In this document: positions 16,988 to 25,535 of the stretch, piece after piece | Layout of the letters: each line of letters begins with the position of its first letter | Numbering within the stretch: the stretch's first letter is position 1 | IMG/VR virus record: IMGVR_UViG_3300043434_000210 | Location: 3,059 to 67,058 of that record | From: a virus | Reading direction: 5' to 3' (one strand) | DNA: 64,000 bases | The notes under the pieces: model-generated | The model's database searches: none | What the model was told of the DNA's origin: nothing | The model's input: the letters and a program-made list of their open reading frames with translations, nothing else | Made by a program: the position numbers and the translations under genes

Positions 16988-18160
16988 ATGAGTAAGACTT
17001 GGAACAGTATGTCATTGCCCGACCGAATCACTGGCGTGCACGTTGACATCTCTAACAACAAAATCTTTGCAGGTATGTCAGGCTATACCTATATCGGTGA
17101 CGTAAAGGTTGACGATACACCAACGGCTTGCACCAATGGTCGTGACGTGCGGTATGGTGCTGACTTCATCAAGGACATGACACGCAAGCAATTACGCTAT
17201 CTTGTTCTGCATGAGAACCTACACAAAGCCCTGCAACATTGCACTAGCTACCTCGAGGTGGTCAAGCAACACCCACAACTCTCAGGCATGGCTATGGACT
17301 ACGTAGTCAACGGCACCATTGAAGAGATGGATAGCACGTTTGAGTTTGTAGAACGCCCTACCAACATACCGCCACTTGTTGACGCCAAGTATTTCGGGTG
17401 GTCATTCATTGAGGTGCTACGTGACTTGCTTAAGAACCCACCCCCTGATGGTGGTAGCGGTGGTCAGCTTGACGAGCATCAGATGGGCGAGCTTACTGAT
17501 GCCGAGGTTAAAGAAACACAGCAACAGTTGATCGATGCCCAACACCAAGGCGAGATACTTGCTAAGAAGTTGGCAGGTCGTGAGTCTAAGAACGATGTGC
17601 TCAGCCGTGCGGTGCAGAAACGCGATACTAATTGGCGTCAGCATATGCGGACATTCATTACTCAGATTTGTGAGGGCGATGATATGTCACGCTTTGTGCC
17701 ACCCAACAAGCGTCTGCTACCTGCAGGATTCATCATGCCTAGCCATTTCTCTGAGGCGACTGGCGAGCTTATCGTAGCCTGCGACACATCAGGTTCTATG
17801 GAGGGTGTATACCCCCTAGTGTTTGGTGAGATTGCACGCATCGCTGAGAACGTCATGCCTGAGTCTGTGCGTCTGCTCTGGTGGGACACAGAAGTTTGTG
17901 GCGAGCAAGTGTTCAAGCCTGCCGACTACCGCAACATCGCTAACGCCTTGAAGCCTAGGGGTGGTGGCGGAACTTCACCGCAATGTGTTGTAGACCACAT
18001 TGCCAAAAACCAATACAAGCCTCGTGCCGTTGTATGGTTGACCGATGGTTATTTAGATGGGTCAGCTACCGACACAGGTTTCCCTGCATTGTGGGGCGTT
18101 GTTGACAACGACCACTTTGTTCCGAGCAAAGGTAAAGTTGTTCGGATTTATTCTCACTAA
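16988..18160 (+). CDS. HExxH metallopeptidase-like plus vWA domain protein (DUF2201-like)
   Basis: TACTNG, LHENLH, MIDAS motif DTSGS, GGGGT, LTDG. Confidence 0.85.
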   Translation: MSKTWNSMSLPDRITGVHVDISNNKIFAGMSGYTYIGDVKVDDTPTACTNGRDVRYGADFIKDMTRKQLRYLVLHENLHKALQHCTSYLEVVKQHPQLSGMAMDYVVNGTIEEMDSTFEFVERPTNIPPLVDAKYFGWSFIEVLRDLLKNPPPDGGSGGQLDEHQMGELTDAEVKETQQQLIDAQHQGEILAKKLAGRESKNDVLSRAVQKRDTNWRQHMRTFITQICEGDDMSRFVPPNKRLLPAGFIMPSHFSEATGELIVACDTSGSMEGVYPLVFGEIARIAENVMPESVRLLWWDTEVCGEQVFKPADYRNIANALKPRGGGGTSPQCVVDHIAKNQYKPRAVVWLTDGYLDGSATDTGFPALWGVVDNDHFVPSKGKVVRIYSH

Positions 18161-18179
18161 TCAAATGAAAGGTAACAAA

Positions 18180-18632
18180 ATGAACGATATCGAAAAGAAA
18201 GTATTAGGTAACATGGAAAACGCTTTGAAAGCGTTGAAGTTGAAGTATGCAATCATCGACAGCGATGGTGAAGTGCATGGCGATTTGGAAGTAGTTGTTC
18301 CAAAGAAACGCAGAGGTTCTGTCTACGGGCATGGCGTTATGTCTAACTACATCAAGCCATACTTCAACACATTCCTTGACAACACAAGCAAGACTATCCC
18401 TGCAGGTCAGTATGACGTAGAGATTGTTCGTGGTTCAGTATGCAACATGGCAACTAAGTTGTTCGGTGCAGGTAACTACAAAACAACCCTAACAAACGAT
18501 CGAAAAGGTGTTGTGGTTACACGCTTGAACAAAGACGTAGCGGCTTTCTTAAAAGACAGCACAGTTGACGACATGTTCTCTTTTGAAGAGATTGAAGTGC
18601 CACAACGTCAACCACGCACGCTCTTCCGTTAA
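18180..18632 (+). CDS. Hypothetical protein
   Basis: ORF 18057-18632; GAAAGG RBS favours ATG 18180 (MNDIEKK...). Confidence 0.6.
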   Translation: MNDIEKKVLGNMENALKALKLKYAIIDSDGEVHGDLEVVVPKKRRGSVYGHGVMSNYIKPYFNTFLDNTSKTIPAGQYDVEIVRGSVCNMATKLFGAGNYKTTLTNDRKGVVVTRLNKDVAAFLKDSTVDDMFSFEEIEVPQRQPRTLFR

Positions 18633-18662
18633 CACTCTCACAAACAAACGAAAGGAAAACTT

Positions 18663-19535
18663 ATGACAAGGTATAACATCGACACATGCGCTATGTTGGT
18701 GGAGTTAAGCATATCCCAATGGACGGCGCGCAAACTAGATAAGTCTACGACAGATGAAGTCTTAGCCAACAAGCAGGCAGGTGACAAGGGCGCCGCCCGA
18801 GTAAACAAACATCTGCTTGCAGGTAGGACAGAACTTGAAGTTATCAACCAACACGTTGGTCAGGTGCGTGATTATGTTTACAGCAACACGTTGCCATGGA
18901 GTGACTCAGGTATCCGCCTACTGCCTACGGCTAAGTTCATGGAGTTCACAACCACAATCAAGGACATGGAAGATAGGTTCTTTGAGTTGGTCAACGACTT
19001 CGTAACAATCTATCCGACGCTTATCACCGCGCAAGCTATGGCTCTTGGCAATATGTTTAACAGAGCTGACTACCCTGACCCTAGCGATTTAAACCATCGT
19101 TTCAAGTTCAACATCAACTACATGCCTGTGCCAACCGCAGGTGATTTCCGTATTGATGTGGGTAACGACGCACAGAAGGAGCTACAGGATAAGCTATCCA
19201 AGCTTGCAGAGGAACGCGTAGACCACGCCATGCATGACATCAAGGCACGTCTCAAGGAACATTTAACGCGTATGTCTGACAGGCTGGGTAGCGATATCGT
19301 GGCGGGTGAAATCAAACCACGTAGATTCCACGACTCGTTGCTAGAAACTGCACATGAGTTATGTAACCTATCCCGTGATTTGAACCTGACCAATGACTAT
19401 GATTTGGAGCAAGCACGCTTAGCGTTGCAGAGTGCCATTCGTGGTCTAGACGTCAAGGACTTGCGTAAGGATATGCCGACACGCAACGACACCAAGGCTC
19501 AGGTCGATGACATATTGTCTAAGTTTTCTTTTTGA
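18663..19535 (+). CDS. Conserved phage protein (DUF3150-like)
   Basis: LSISQWTARKLDK...TLPWSDSGIRLLP...YP; a family I associate with AAA/vWA clusters. The family name is tentative. Confidence 0.6.
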   Translation: MTRYNIDTCAMLVELSISQWTARKLDKSTTDEVLANKQAGDKGAARVNKHLLAGRTELEVINQHVGQVRDYVYSNTLPWSDSGIRLLPTAKFMEFTTTIKDMEDRFFELVNDFVTIYPTLITAQAMALGNMFNRADYPDPSDLNHRFKFNINYMPVPTAGDFRIDVGNDAQKELQDKLSKLAEERVDHAMHDIKARLKEHLTRMSDRLGSDIVAGEIKPRRFHDSLLETAHELCNLSRDLNLTNDYDLEQARLALQSAIRGLDVKDLRKDMPTRNDTKAQVDDILSKFSF

Positions 19536-19544
19536 GGAGGGCGT

Positions 19545-19721
19545 ATGCCTAAATGGAATGTGATGATGACTACTGCTGACTACATTGAAGTAGAAGCAGA
19601 AACCCCTGCCGACGCAGAGATGCAAGCGTTCGGTATGTATAAACGCGGTGAGGTTCGCCCTGAGCACCCTATCTTTATGTGCGAGAAGGCGGATTTAATT
19701 GAGGAGGACGAAGATGCGTAA
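19545..19721 (+). CDS. Small hypothetical protein (58 aa, below the track cutoff)
   Basis: GAGGAGG RBS; MPKWNV...IEVEAETPADAE. Confidence 0.55.
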   Translation: MPKWNVMMTTADYIEVEAETPADAEMQAFGMYKRGEVRPEHPIFMCEKADLIEEDEDA

Positions 19722-19956
19722 AGGATTTGCACAAAACTTCTACGGTGCTATCAAACTTCTTGGGGAGGAACAAGAGTTACTACACTCATCAGCTCCAAAA
19801 AGTAAATACCGTGGCGTAATTAGCCCTGAAATGTATGCGCAACTGCGCGCACGTAACGACGCGCGTATCAAGCGCACGCTACAAGAGATGGGTAACAAGT
19901 GGCTCTGCCACCCTGACAACTACGTCAAACGTAAAGACGGAAAGGTATACAAATGA
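19714..19956 (+). CDS. Hypothetical protein
   Basis: GAGGA RBS before ATG 19714; coupled to the next gene. Confidence 0.55.
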   Translation: MRKGFAQNFYGAIKLLGEEQELLHSSAPKSKYRGVISPEMYAQLRARNDARIKRTLQEMGNKWLCHPDNYVKRKDGKVYK

Positions 19957-20177
19957 ACGAGATCAGACCAGGCTCAGCCATGGACACACGTGCGCCATTC
20001 ATGTTCTTGCATAGGGTACAGAATGAAAACGTCATAGAAATCAAAGCGGCTATGGATAGCTTGCTTGAGGTGCTACGCCACTTTGTTGACATGACGGCAG
20101 ACATATCAACCAGTCAAGACAATGACGGCGAACACACAGACATCAAGATTGTTATCCAAATCAAGGGGGTAAGATGA
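19953..20177 (+). CDS. Hypothetical protein
   Basis: 74 aa, ATGA overlaps at both ends. Confidence 0.55.
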   Translation: MNEIRPGSAMDTRAPFMFLHRVQNENVIEIKAAMDSLLEVLRHFVDMTADISTSQDNDGEHTDIKIVIQIKGVR

Positions 20178-20347
20178 AAGACGTTTGGGTGGAGAAGCTA
20201 CGTAACTTCTTGACTGTGTTGTTGATTGGTTTTGCTATCGGCAGTATCGTGACCAACGCTACATACACATATCAGATACAGAAAGACTGCGAACTGATGA
20301 AACAGTTTCGTGTAAACAACTTAGCCTACACATGCATGGTGAAGTGA
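20174..20347 (+). CDS. Small membrane protein (57 aa, below the track cutoff)
   Basis: MKDVWVEKLRNFLTVLLIGFAIGSIV...; ATGA-coupled. Confidence 0.5.
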   Translation: MKDVWVEKLRNFLTVLLIGFAIGSIVTNATYTYQIQKDCELMKQFRVNNLAYTCMVK

Positions 20348-20420
20348 TGGAATGGGCTTTCTTAGTTTGTTTGGTGGTAATCATTTACCGCCTTGAATGT
20401 ATCTTAAAGGAACTACGTAA

Positions 20421-20600
20421 ATGATGCACTGCAAAGAATGTGGCGAAGGGCGTCTACTCACCTTTGATACACGATACTATCAACAGAACACCGATTGGGT
20501 TCAACGCAGACGTAAATGCGAAAACTGTGGGGCTAAAATGGTTACTTTAGAAATACCACGTGACGAACTTGGTTGGGAGTATGAAGATGTACCTGATTAA
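20421..20600 (+). CDS. NrdR N-terminal-like zinc-ribbon protein (59 aa, below the track cutoff)
   Basis: MMHCKECG...DTR...VQRRRKCENCG..MVTLE matches the CxxC...DSR...RRRxCxxC...TxE pattern. Confidence 0.7.
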   Translation: MMHCKECGEGRLLTFDTRYYQQNTDWVQRRRKCENCGAKMVTLEIPRDELGWEYEDVPD

Positions 20601-20751
20601 AGATGAAGACGGCGAGATTATGCGCAAGGTTCACCGCAAGGAAGAAGCCGAGCAAATAATTAAGAATCGGGAGGGGTGGCGCTACGTTTACGTAGCCGAG
20701 CCCCGTAAAAAACCTATTAACTTTGATGACTTTGAAGAGGCACCATTTTGA
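20581..20751 (+). CDS. Small hypothetical protein
   Basis: ORF 20560-20751; GGGAG RBS before ATG 20581; ends FEEAPF. Confidence 0.5.
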   Translation: MKMYLIKDEDGEIMRKVHRKEEAEQIIKNREGWRYVYVAEPRKKPINFDDFEEAPF

Positions 20752-20960
20752 AAACAGAAGAAATCGTAGCAATGATGCGTGAGAACGCAGCACTATGTAA
20801 CCTAGAAACAGAGGTGATCCTAGCGCTTAAGGCGAACGCAGTAGGTGACCAAGAGATGTTGCAGAGACAGATTGTCAACATCATGGTTTGTTTACAACGA
20901 CTTGATGACATAAGGAGACGCAATGACACCCGAAGCCAAAGTGAAGAAGAAGGTAGTTGA
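20748..20960 (+). CDS. Hypothetical protein
   Basis: 70 aa, TTG start coupled to the previous stop. Confidence 0.45.
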   Translation: MKTEEIVAMMRENAALCNLETEVILALKANAVGDQEMLQRQIVNIMVCLQRLDDIRRRNDTRSQSEEEGS

Positions 20961-21240
20961 TGTTATCAAGAAACACAAGGCTTACTATTTTTACCCCGTT
21001 ACTGGCGGTTTTGGTAGGAGTGGCATCCCTGACATTATTGTTTGCCATTACGGCACTTTCCTTGGTATTGAATGTAAAGCAGGTAGTAACAAGCCTACGC
21101 CGTTGCAGCTTGCCGAGATGGAAAAAATAGTCAATGCGGGTGGGTACGCCTTTACCGTTAATGAAAACAGTATCGACATCGTTGAAGAGATGTTGACTTT
21201 TATAGGAGAAAATCGTGGACAGCAAAGACCAATTACTTGA
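20923..21240 (+). CDS. VRR-NUC family nuclease (putative Holliday junction resolvase)
   Basis: TPEAKVK, GIPDII, IECKA, PTPLQ (PD-(D/E)xK). Confidence 0.85.
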   Translation: MTPEAKVKKKVVDVIKKHKAYYFYPVTGGFGRSGIPDIIVCHYGTFLGIECKAGSNKPTPLQLAEMEKIVNAGGYAFTVNENSIDIVEEMLTFIGENRGQQRPIT

Positions 21241-21445
21241 GCGTGTGCAAAGCGCGATCAAGTTATGCGAACCTGACGGCTCAGAGTATTCAGCCGTCAT
21301 GCTAGTGGTTAACAACGAGTCAGGCTCAGTCAAGATATTTGGTTTGAATATCGATGAGCTTGATGTGCCTGTGTTACTAGCAGAAGCCGCCGCAGAAATT
21401 GGCGGTCGCATCACCGATGAGTACGAAAACCGAACACTTAACTAG
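21215..21445 (+). CDS. Hypothetical protein
   Basis: 76 aa, AGGAGA RBS, GTG start. Confidence 0.6.
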   Translation: MDSKDQLLERVQSAIKLCEPDGSEYSAVMLVVNNESGSVKIFGLNIDELDVPVLLAEAAAEIGGRITDEYENRTLN

Positions 21446-21454
21446 AAAGCGCCT

Positions 21455-23425
21455 GTGATACCTTTTGATCAAATCATGGTCGTAGACTTTGAAACGCGTT
21501 GGGCTAAGAAAGACTACACGCTATCAAAACTAACGACCGAGCAGTACATACGAGACCCTAGGTTCAAAGCCTTTGGTATGGGTTGGAAGTGGATAGACGG
21601 CGACGAGACAACGTGGGTTAGTCATGACGACTTGCCTGCGTTCTTTGAATCTATTGATTGGAGTCGGACGGCGGTGCTTGCGCATAATGCTCAATTCGAC
21701 GTAGCCATTCTGTCGTGGATCTATGGAGTAAAACCATCGTTCATCTTTGACTCACTCTCTATGGCACGTGCCCTACGCGGTGTAGAAGTAGGCAACAGCT
21801 TAGCTAAACTTGCTGACCACTACGGGCTACCGCCCAAGGGTGAGGCAGTCAATAGCTCTGATGGGCTTGACGAGTTGGCTTATGAGATAGAGCAAGAACT
21901 TGCTGACTATTGCAAGCACGACGTTTATCTATGTGAAGAAGTTTTTAAAAACTTGATGCATGAAGTTGAGGGCGGGTTCCCACGCAAAGAGCTTGAGCTG
22001 ATTGACATGACGCTGAAGATGTTCACCAACCCTGTGCTTGAGTTAGATGAGGAAATGTTGCATGAAGCGATTAAGGACGAGAAAGAAAAGAGGGAAGCAC
22101 TCTTGGCTAAAGTTGGGATTGAGGAAACTGCGCTTGCAAGCAACGACAAGTTTGCATCTGCGTTGCTTGAGCTTGGAGTTACGCCACCGAAGAAAATTAG
22201 CAAAACGACAGGTAAAGAGGCATATGCGTTTGCCAAGAACGACGCGCTATTCCAAGCGCTACTCAATTCCGATGATGAAGATGTATCGCTTATCTGTGAG
22301 GCGCGTCTCAAAGTTAAAAGCACGCTTGAACGCACACGAGCACAACGCTTTGTTGACATTTCGCAACGAGGTACGCTACCTGTTCCACTTAACTACTACG
22401 GCGCCCACACCGGTCGTTGGTCAGCAAGCAAGGGCTCGGGGCTTAATCTTCAGAACCTCAAGAGGGGGTCATTCCTACGTAAAGCTATCTGTGCGCCGAA
22501 CGGTTTTTCGCTCGTGGTTTGCGATCTTGCGCAGATCGAGCCTAGAGTCTTGGCATACCTCGCGGATTACTCAGGTCTACTCGAAATATTTTCGTCGGGC
22601 AAAGACGCATACTCGCAGTTCGGCGCGCAGATGTTTGGAATCCCAAATCTATCTAAAGAGACCCATCCTGACCTCCGCCAATCAGCTAAGTCAGCTCTAC
22701 TAGGGTGTGGTTACGGTATGGGTTGGGCGTCATTTGCGGCGCAGCTATTGACAGGTTTCTTGGGTGCTCCTCCAACCAGATACGATAAAGCTTTTGCTAA
22801 ACAACTTGGTGTATCAGCAGGTGATATAGAAAAGTTTGTATCTTGGGAAGTAAATCTACAGAAGCTACACGCTATTCCGCACACCTGCACAGAGCAGGAG
22901 TTGTTGATTCATGCGTTAGCAACGCAGGCTATCATTATTAAGTATCGTCAGGCGGCACAACCCGTCGTAGCATTTTGGGATATGTGCAACGAGCTTATCA
23001 ACGCTAGCCTAGCTAAAGGTAAACCATACACATACAAATGCCTGACATTTGATAAAGAAAGAATAGTCTTGCCAAGTGGGTTAGCTTTGAGGTATCCTGC
23101 TTTGGCTGGCAAGGCTGATGAGAAAGGTCGAGTCCAGTGGTTCTACGGCGAAGACGAAAAGAAACTGTATGGCGGTAAGCTGACAGAAAACATCGTACAA
23201 GCCGTGGCTCGGTGCGTCATGACAGATGGTATGTTGCGGATACAGAAGAGGTATCCGTGTGTATTGACCGTGCATGACGAGGTCGTTGCGCTAGTCCCTG
23301 ACAATGAGGCTGAAGAAGCTGAAAAGTGGGTCTTGGCGCAAATGGTCATGGAACCAAGCTACATGAAAGGGATTCCGCTTGATGCGGAAAGTAGTTTCGC
23401 TAAACGCTATGGAGATGCAAAATGA
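21455..23425 (+). CDS. polA: DNA polymerase family A with 3'-5' exonuclease
   Basis: Exo I DFET, Exo II AHNAQFD, Exo III YCKHD; HTGRWS, NLQN, motif A DLAQIEPR, motif B RQSAKSALLGCGYG, motif C TVHDE. Confidence 0.95.
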   Translation: MIPFDQIMVVDFETRWAKKDYTLSKLTTEQYIRDPRFKAFGMGWKWIDGDETTWVSHDDLPAFFESIDWSRTAVLAHNAQFDVAILSWIYGVKPSFIFDSLSMARALRGVEVGNSLAKLADHYGLPPKGEAVNSSDGLDELAYEIEQELADYCKHDVYLCEEVFKNLMHEVEGGFPRKELELIDMTLKMFTNPVLELDEEMLHEAIKDEKEKREALLAKVGIEETALASNDKFASALLELGVTPPKKISKTTGKEAYAFAKNDALFQALLNSDDEDVSLICEARLKVKSTLERTRAQRFVDISQRGTLPVPLNYYGAHTGRWSASKGSGLNLQNLKRGSFLRKAICAPNGFSLVVCDLAQIEPRVLAYLADYSGLLEIFSSGKDAYSQFGAQMFGIPNLSKETHPDLRQSAKSALLGCGYGMGWASFAAQLLTGFLGAPPTRYDKAFAKQLGVSAGDIEKFVSWEVNLQKLHAIPHTCTEQELLIHALATQAIIIKYRQAAQPVVAFWDMCNELINASLAKGKPYTYKCLTFDKERIVLPSGLALRYPALAGKADEKGRVQWFYGEDEKKLYGGKLTENIVQAVARCVMTDGMLRIQKRYPCVLTVHDEVVALVPDNEAEEAEKWVLAQMVMEPSYMKGIPLDAESSFAKRYGDAK

Positions 23426-23727
23426 AGATACCAAAATCAGTCAAGGTCGGTAAGACCAAGATACTTATCAATCAACCTGTCAGTCTTATGGTTGGTCGTA
23501 CCCCATGCAGGGGTAGTTTCAATCGTGCCGATGACACCATCGAAGTTGCCAAGAAAGATATTGACGGCGACAGCTACAGCGCAGCACAACGCGCCGAGAC
23601 TTTTTGGCATGAGCTAACTCACGCTATTCTGCACGACATGAAGAGTGGGCTCAGCATGAACGAAGAGTTCGTGACTAAGTTCTCCAAGCGTCTAGACCAA
23701 GCTATCAAAACGGCGGAGTTTAAATAA
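23422..23727 (+). CDS. Small HExxH zincin-like protein
   Basis: TFWHELTHAIL followed by NEEFV. Confidence 0.65.
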   Translation: MKIPKSVKVGKTKILINQPVSLMVGRTPCRGSFNRADDTIEVAKKDIDGDSYSAAQRAETFWHELTHAILHDMKSGLSMNEEFVTKFSKRLDQAIKTAEFK

Positions 23728-23729
23728 AA

Positions 23730-23987
23730 ATGACTGATAACGAACTTGCTGACTTGCTTGAGGAAGTCAATAAAGAAACAGGTAGACGCGCCATACGTGT
23801 GTTTGACCACGCAAAAATCTTATTAAGAAAGTTACAAGAGCGACAGCAATGGCAACACCTAACAGAAGATGAGATTAAAGAAATCATTGGGGGTTATGGT
23901 AATGAGGGCGGTATCGGTGGTTACACCCGTGAACTGTTTGACAAAATTGAAGCAAAGATAAGGGAAAAAAATGAAAGAAGATTTTGA
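23730..23987 (+). CDS. Hypothetical protein
   Basis: 85 aa, WQHLTEDEI...IEAKIREKN. Confidence 0.6.
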   Translation: MTDNELADLLEEVNKETGRRAIRVFDHAKILLRKLQERQQWQHLTEDEIKEIIGGYGNEGGIGGYTRELFDKIEAKIREKNERRF

Positions 23988-24189
23988 AGAGTGGGCTAAA
24001 GGTAAAGTAGCATTAGACCACTACAACACAGACTACGCTAACCTTGAAGCACAGATTGCATGGAAAGCTTGGCAACGTGCTTGGAACATCGCCATTAGAG
24101 CGCAAAGGCAAAGAGATGAAGAAGAGATTAACGCCCTTCGTCACAAGATCAACGCCGCAATGGCAGTATTGGGGGCAAGCATAAAATGA
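23971..24189 (+). CDS. Hypothetical protein
   Basis: 72 aa, FEEWA...AWKAWQ. Confidence 0.6.
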   Translation: MKEDFEEWAKGKVALDHYNTDYANLEAQIAWKAWQRAWNIAIRAQRQRDEEEINALRHKINAAMAVLGASIK

Positions 24190-24848
24190 CAGTTAAATGG
24201 AGTCACTCGGCGTTAAAAGACTACGAAGGTTGTGCAAGGCGGTACCACGAAGTCAAGGTTCTGAAGAACTACCCGTTCAAAGATACCCAAGCAACGCTAT
24301 ACGGCAAGGAAGTGCACAAAGCCTTTGAGGATTACATCAAGGACAAGACACCTTTACCACAACATCTTTTGGAGCACAAAGCTCTGCTAGACCAGCTCAA
24401 CGAAAAAGCAGGACGCAAACTAGCTGAGCATGAGATGGGCGTCAAGGAAGACCTGACACCGTGTGGGTTCATGGACGCGGACGTTTGGGTGCGTGGTATT
24501 GCCGACCTACTCATCATTGATGACGATGGGCTCAAGGCTTGGGTGATTGACTACAAGACAGGCAACGACAAATACCCTGACCGAGATCAACTGATATTGA
24601 TGTCTTTGATGGTGTTTGCGCACTTCCCACACATTCGTCAAGTTAACTCTGCTCTTTTATTTGTAGTGAAAAACAGTATGGTTAAGCATAAAATGACGAT
24701 AGATGAAAGAGACTTTCATTGGTGGCGTTACAGGGAGCGGGTAGCTAAGCTAGCTAACTCCTTTGCCAACAACGTATGGAATCCGACTAGCACTCCGCTA
24801 TGTAATTGGTGCGATGTCAAGACCTGTGAATTTAACCCTAAACATTAA
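24186..24848 (+). CDS. PD-(D/E)xK Cas4/RecB-like exonuclease
   Basis: WSHS...C, GKEVH, GIADL, IDYKTG, QL, C-terminal CxxCxxxxxC. Confidence 0.88.
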   Translation: MTVKWSHSALKDYEGCARRYHEVKVLKNYPFKDTQATLYGKEVHKAFEDYIKDKTPLPQHLLEHKALLDQLNEKAGRKLAEHEMGVKEDLTPCGFMDADVWVRGIADLLIIDDDGLKAWVIDYKTGNDKYPDRDQLILMSLMVFAHFPHIRQVNSALLFVVKNSMVKHKMTIDERDFHWWRYRERVAKLANSFANNVWNPTSTPLCNWCDVKTCEFNPKH

Positions 24849-24863
24849 GGAACTACACTCATC

Positions 24864-25133
24864 ATGCCTTCTTCACCAAACTACAAGCGTAACGTCAAAG
24901 AAGAATACGAAAACTATGGCTCCAAGCCCGAAGTTAAAAAGCGCCGTGCTCAGCAAAACAAAGCTAGACGTATGCTTGAACGTGAGGGCGTGGTAAGCAA
25001 GGGCGACGGTAAAGACGTTGACCACAAGAAACCATTAAGCAAGGGCGGTACAACGACACGCAGTAACTTGCGAGTCAAGTCGGCAAGCGCAAACAGATCG
25101 TACAAGCGCAAGTCCGACGGTTCGATTAAATAA
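24864..25133 (+). CDS. Small HNH endonuclease-like protein
   Basis: DVDHKKPLSKGG...NLRV...NR. Confidence 0.8.
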   Translation: MPSSPNYKRNVKEEYENYGSKPEVKKRRAQQNKARRMLEREGVVSKGDGKDVDHKKPLSKGGTTTRSNLRVKSASANRSYKRKSDGSIK

Positions 25134-25157
25134 GGGTAATTAACCAAGGAGAAACGA

Positions 25158-25535
25158 ATGGGAGCAATTAAACAAATGCAGCTTGAAGAACTAGAAGATG
25201 CGCAACAACAACTTGTGTCGCAGAATCAACAGTTATTACACAGGATGTCTCAAGGGCGACAACCTCTACGCATGCCTACGGCTAACCCCTACGAGCATGA
25301 TTTGGTAGGCAACGCGCCTACTGAAGACGAGCTTAAAAACGGCGCAATGATCGCATCAATCCCTGAGTTAGTTGACATGTGGGTTATTCGGTTTGGCGAT
25401 GAATGGGTCAGCGAAGACACAATCAAAGAAGATAGGTTTTGGGTGCTTGCGTTGCTACGCCTGTACGGCGTAGACCGAGTTGAGAAGATGCAACTATTTA
25501 ACCAATTCAAAAGCGTATACAAGGTTATCAAGTAA
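25158..25535 (+). CDS. Hypothetical protein
   Basis: 125 aa; RBS AACCAAGGAGA. Confidence 0.65.
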   Translation: MGAIKQMQLEELEDAQQQLVSQNQQLLHRMSQGRQPLRMPTANPYEHDLVGNAPTEDELKNGAMIASIPELVDMWVIRFGDEWVSEDTIKEDRFWVLALLRLYGVDRVEKMQLFNQFKSVYKVIK

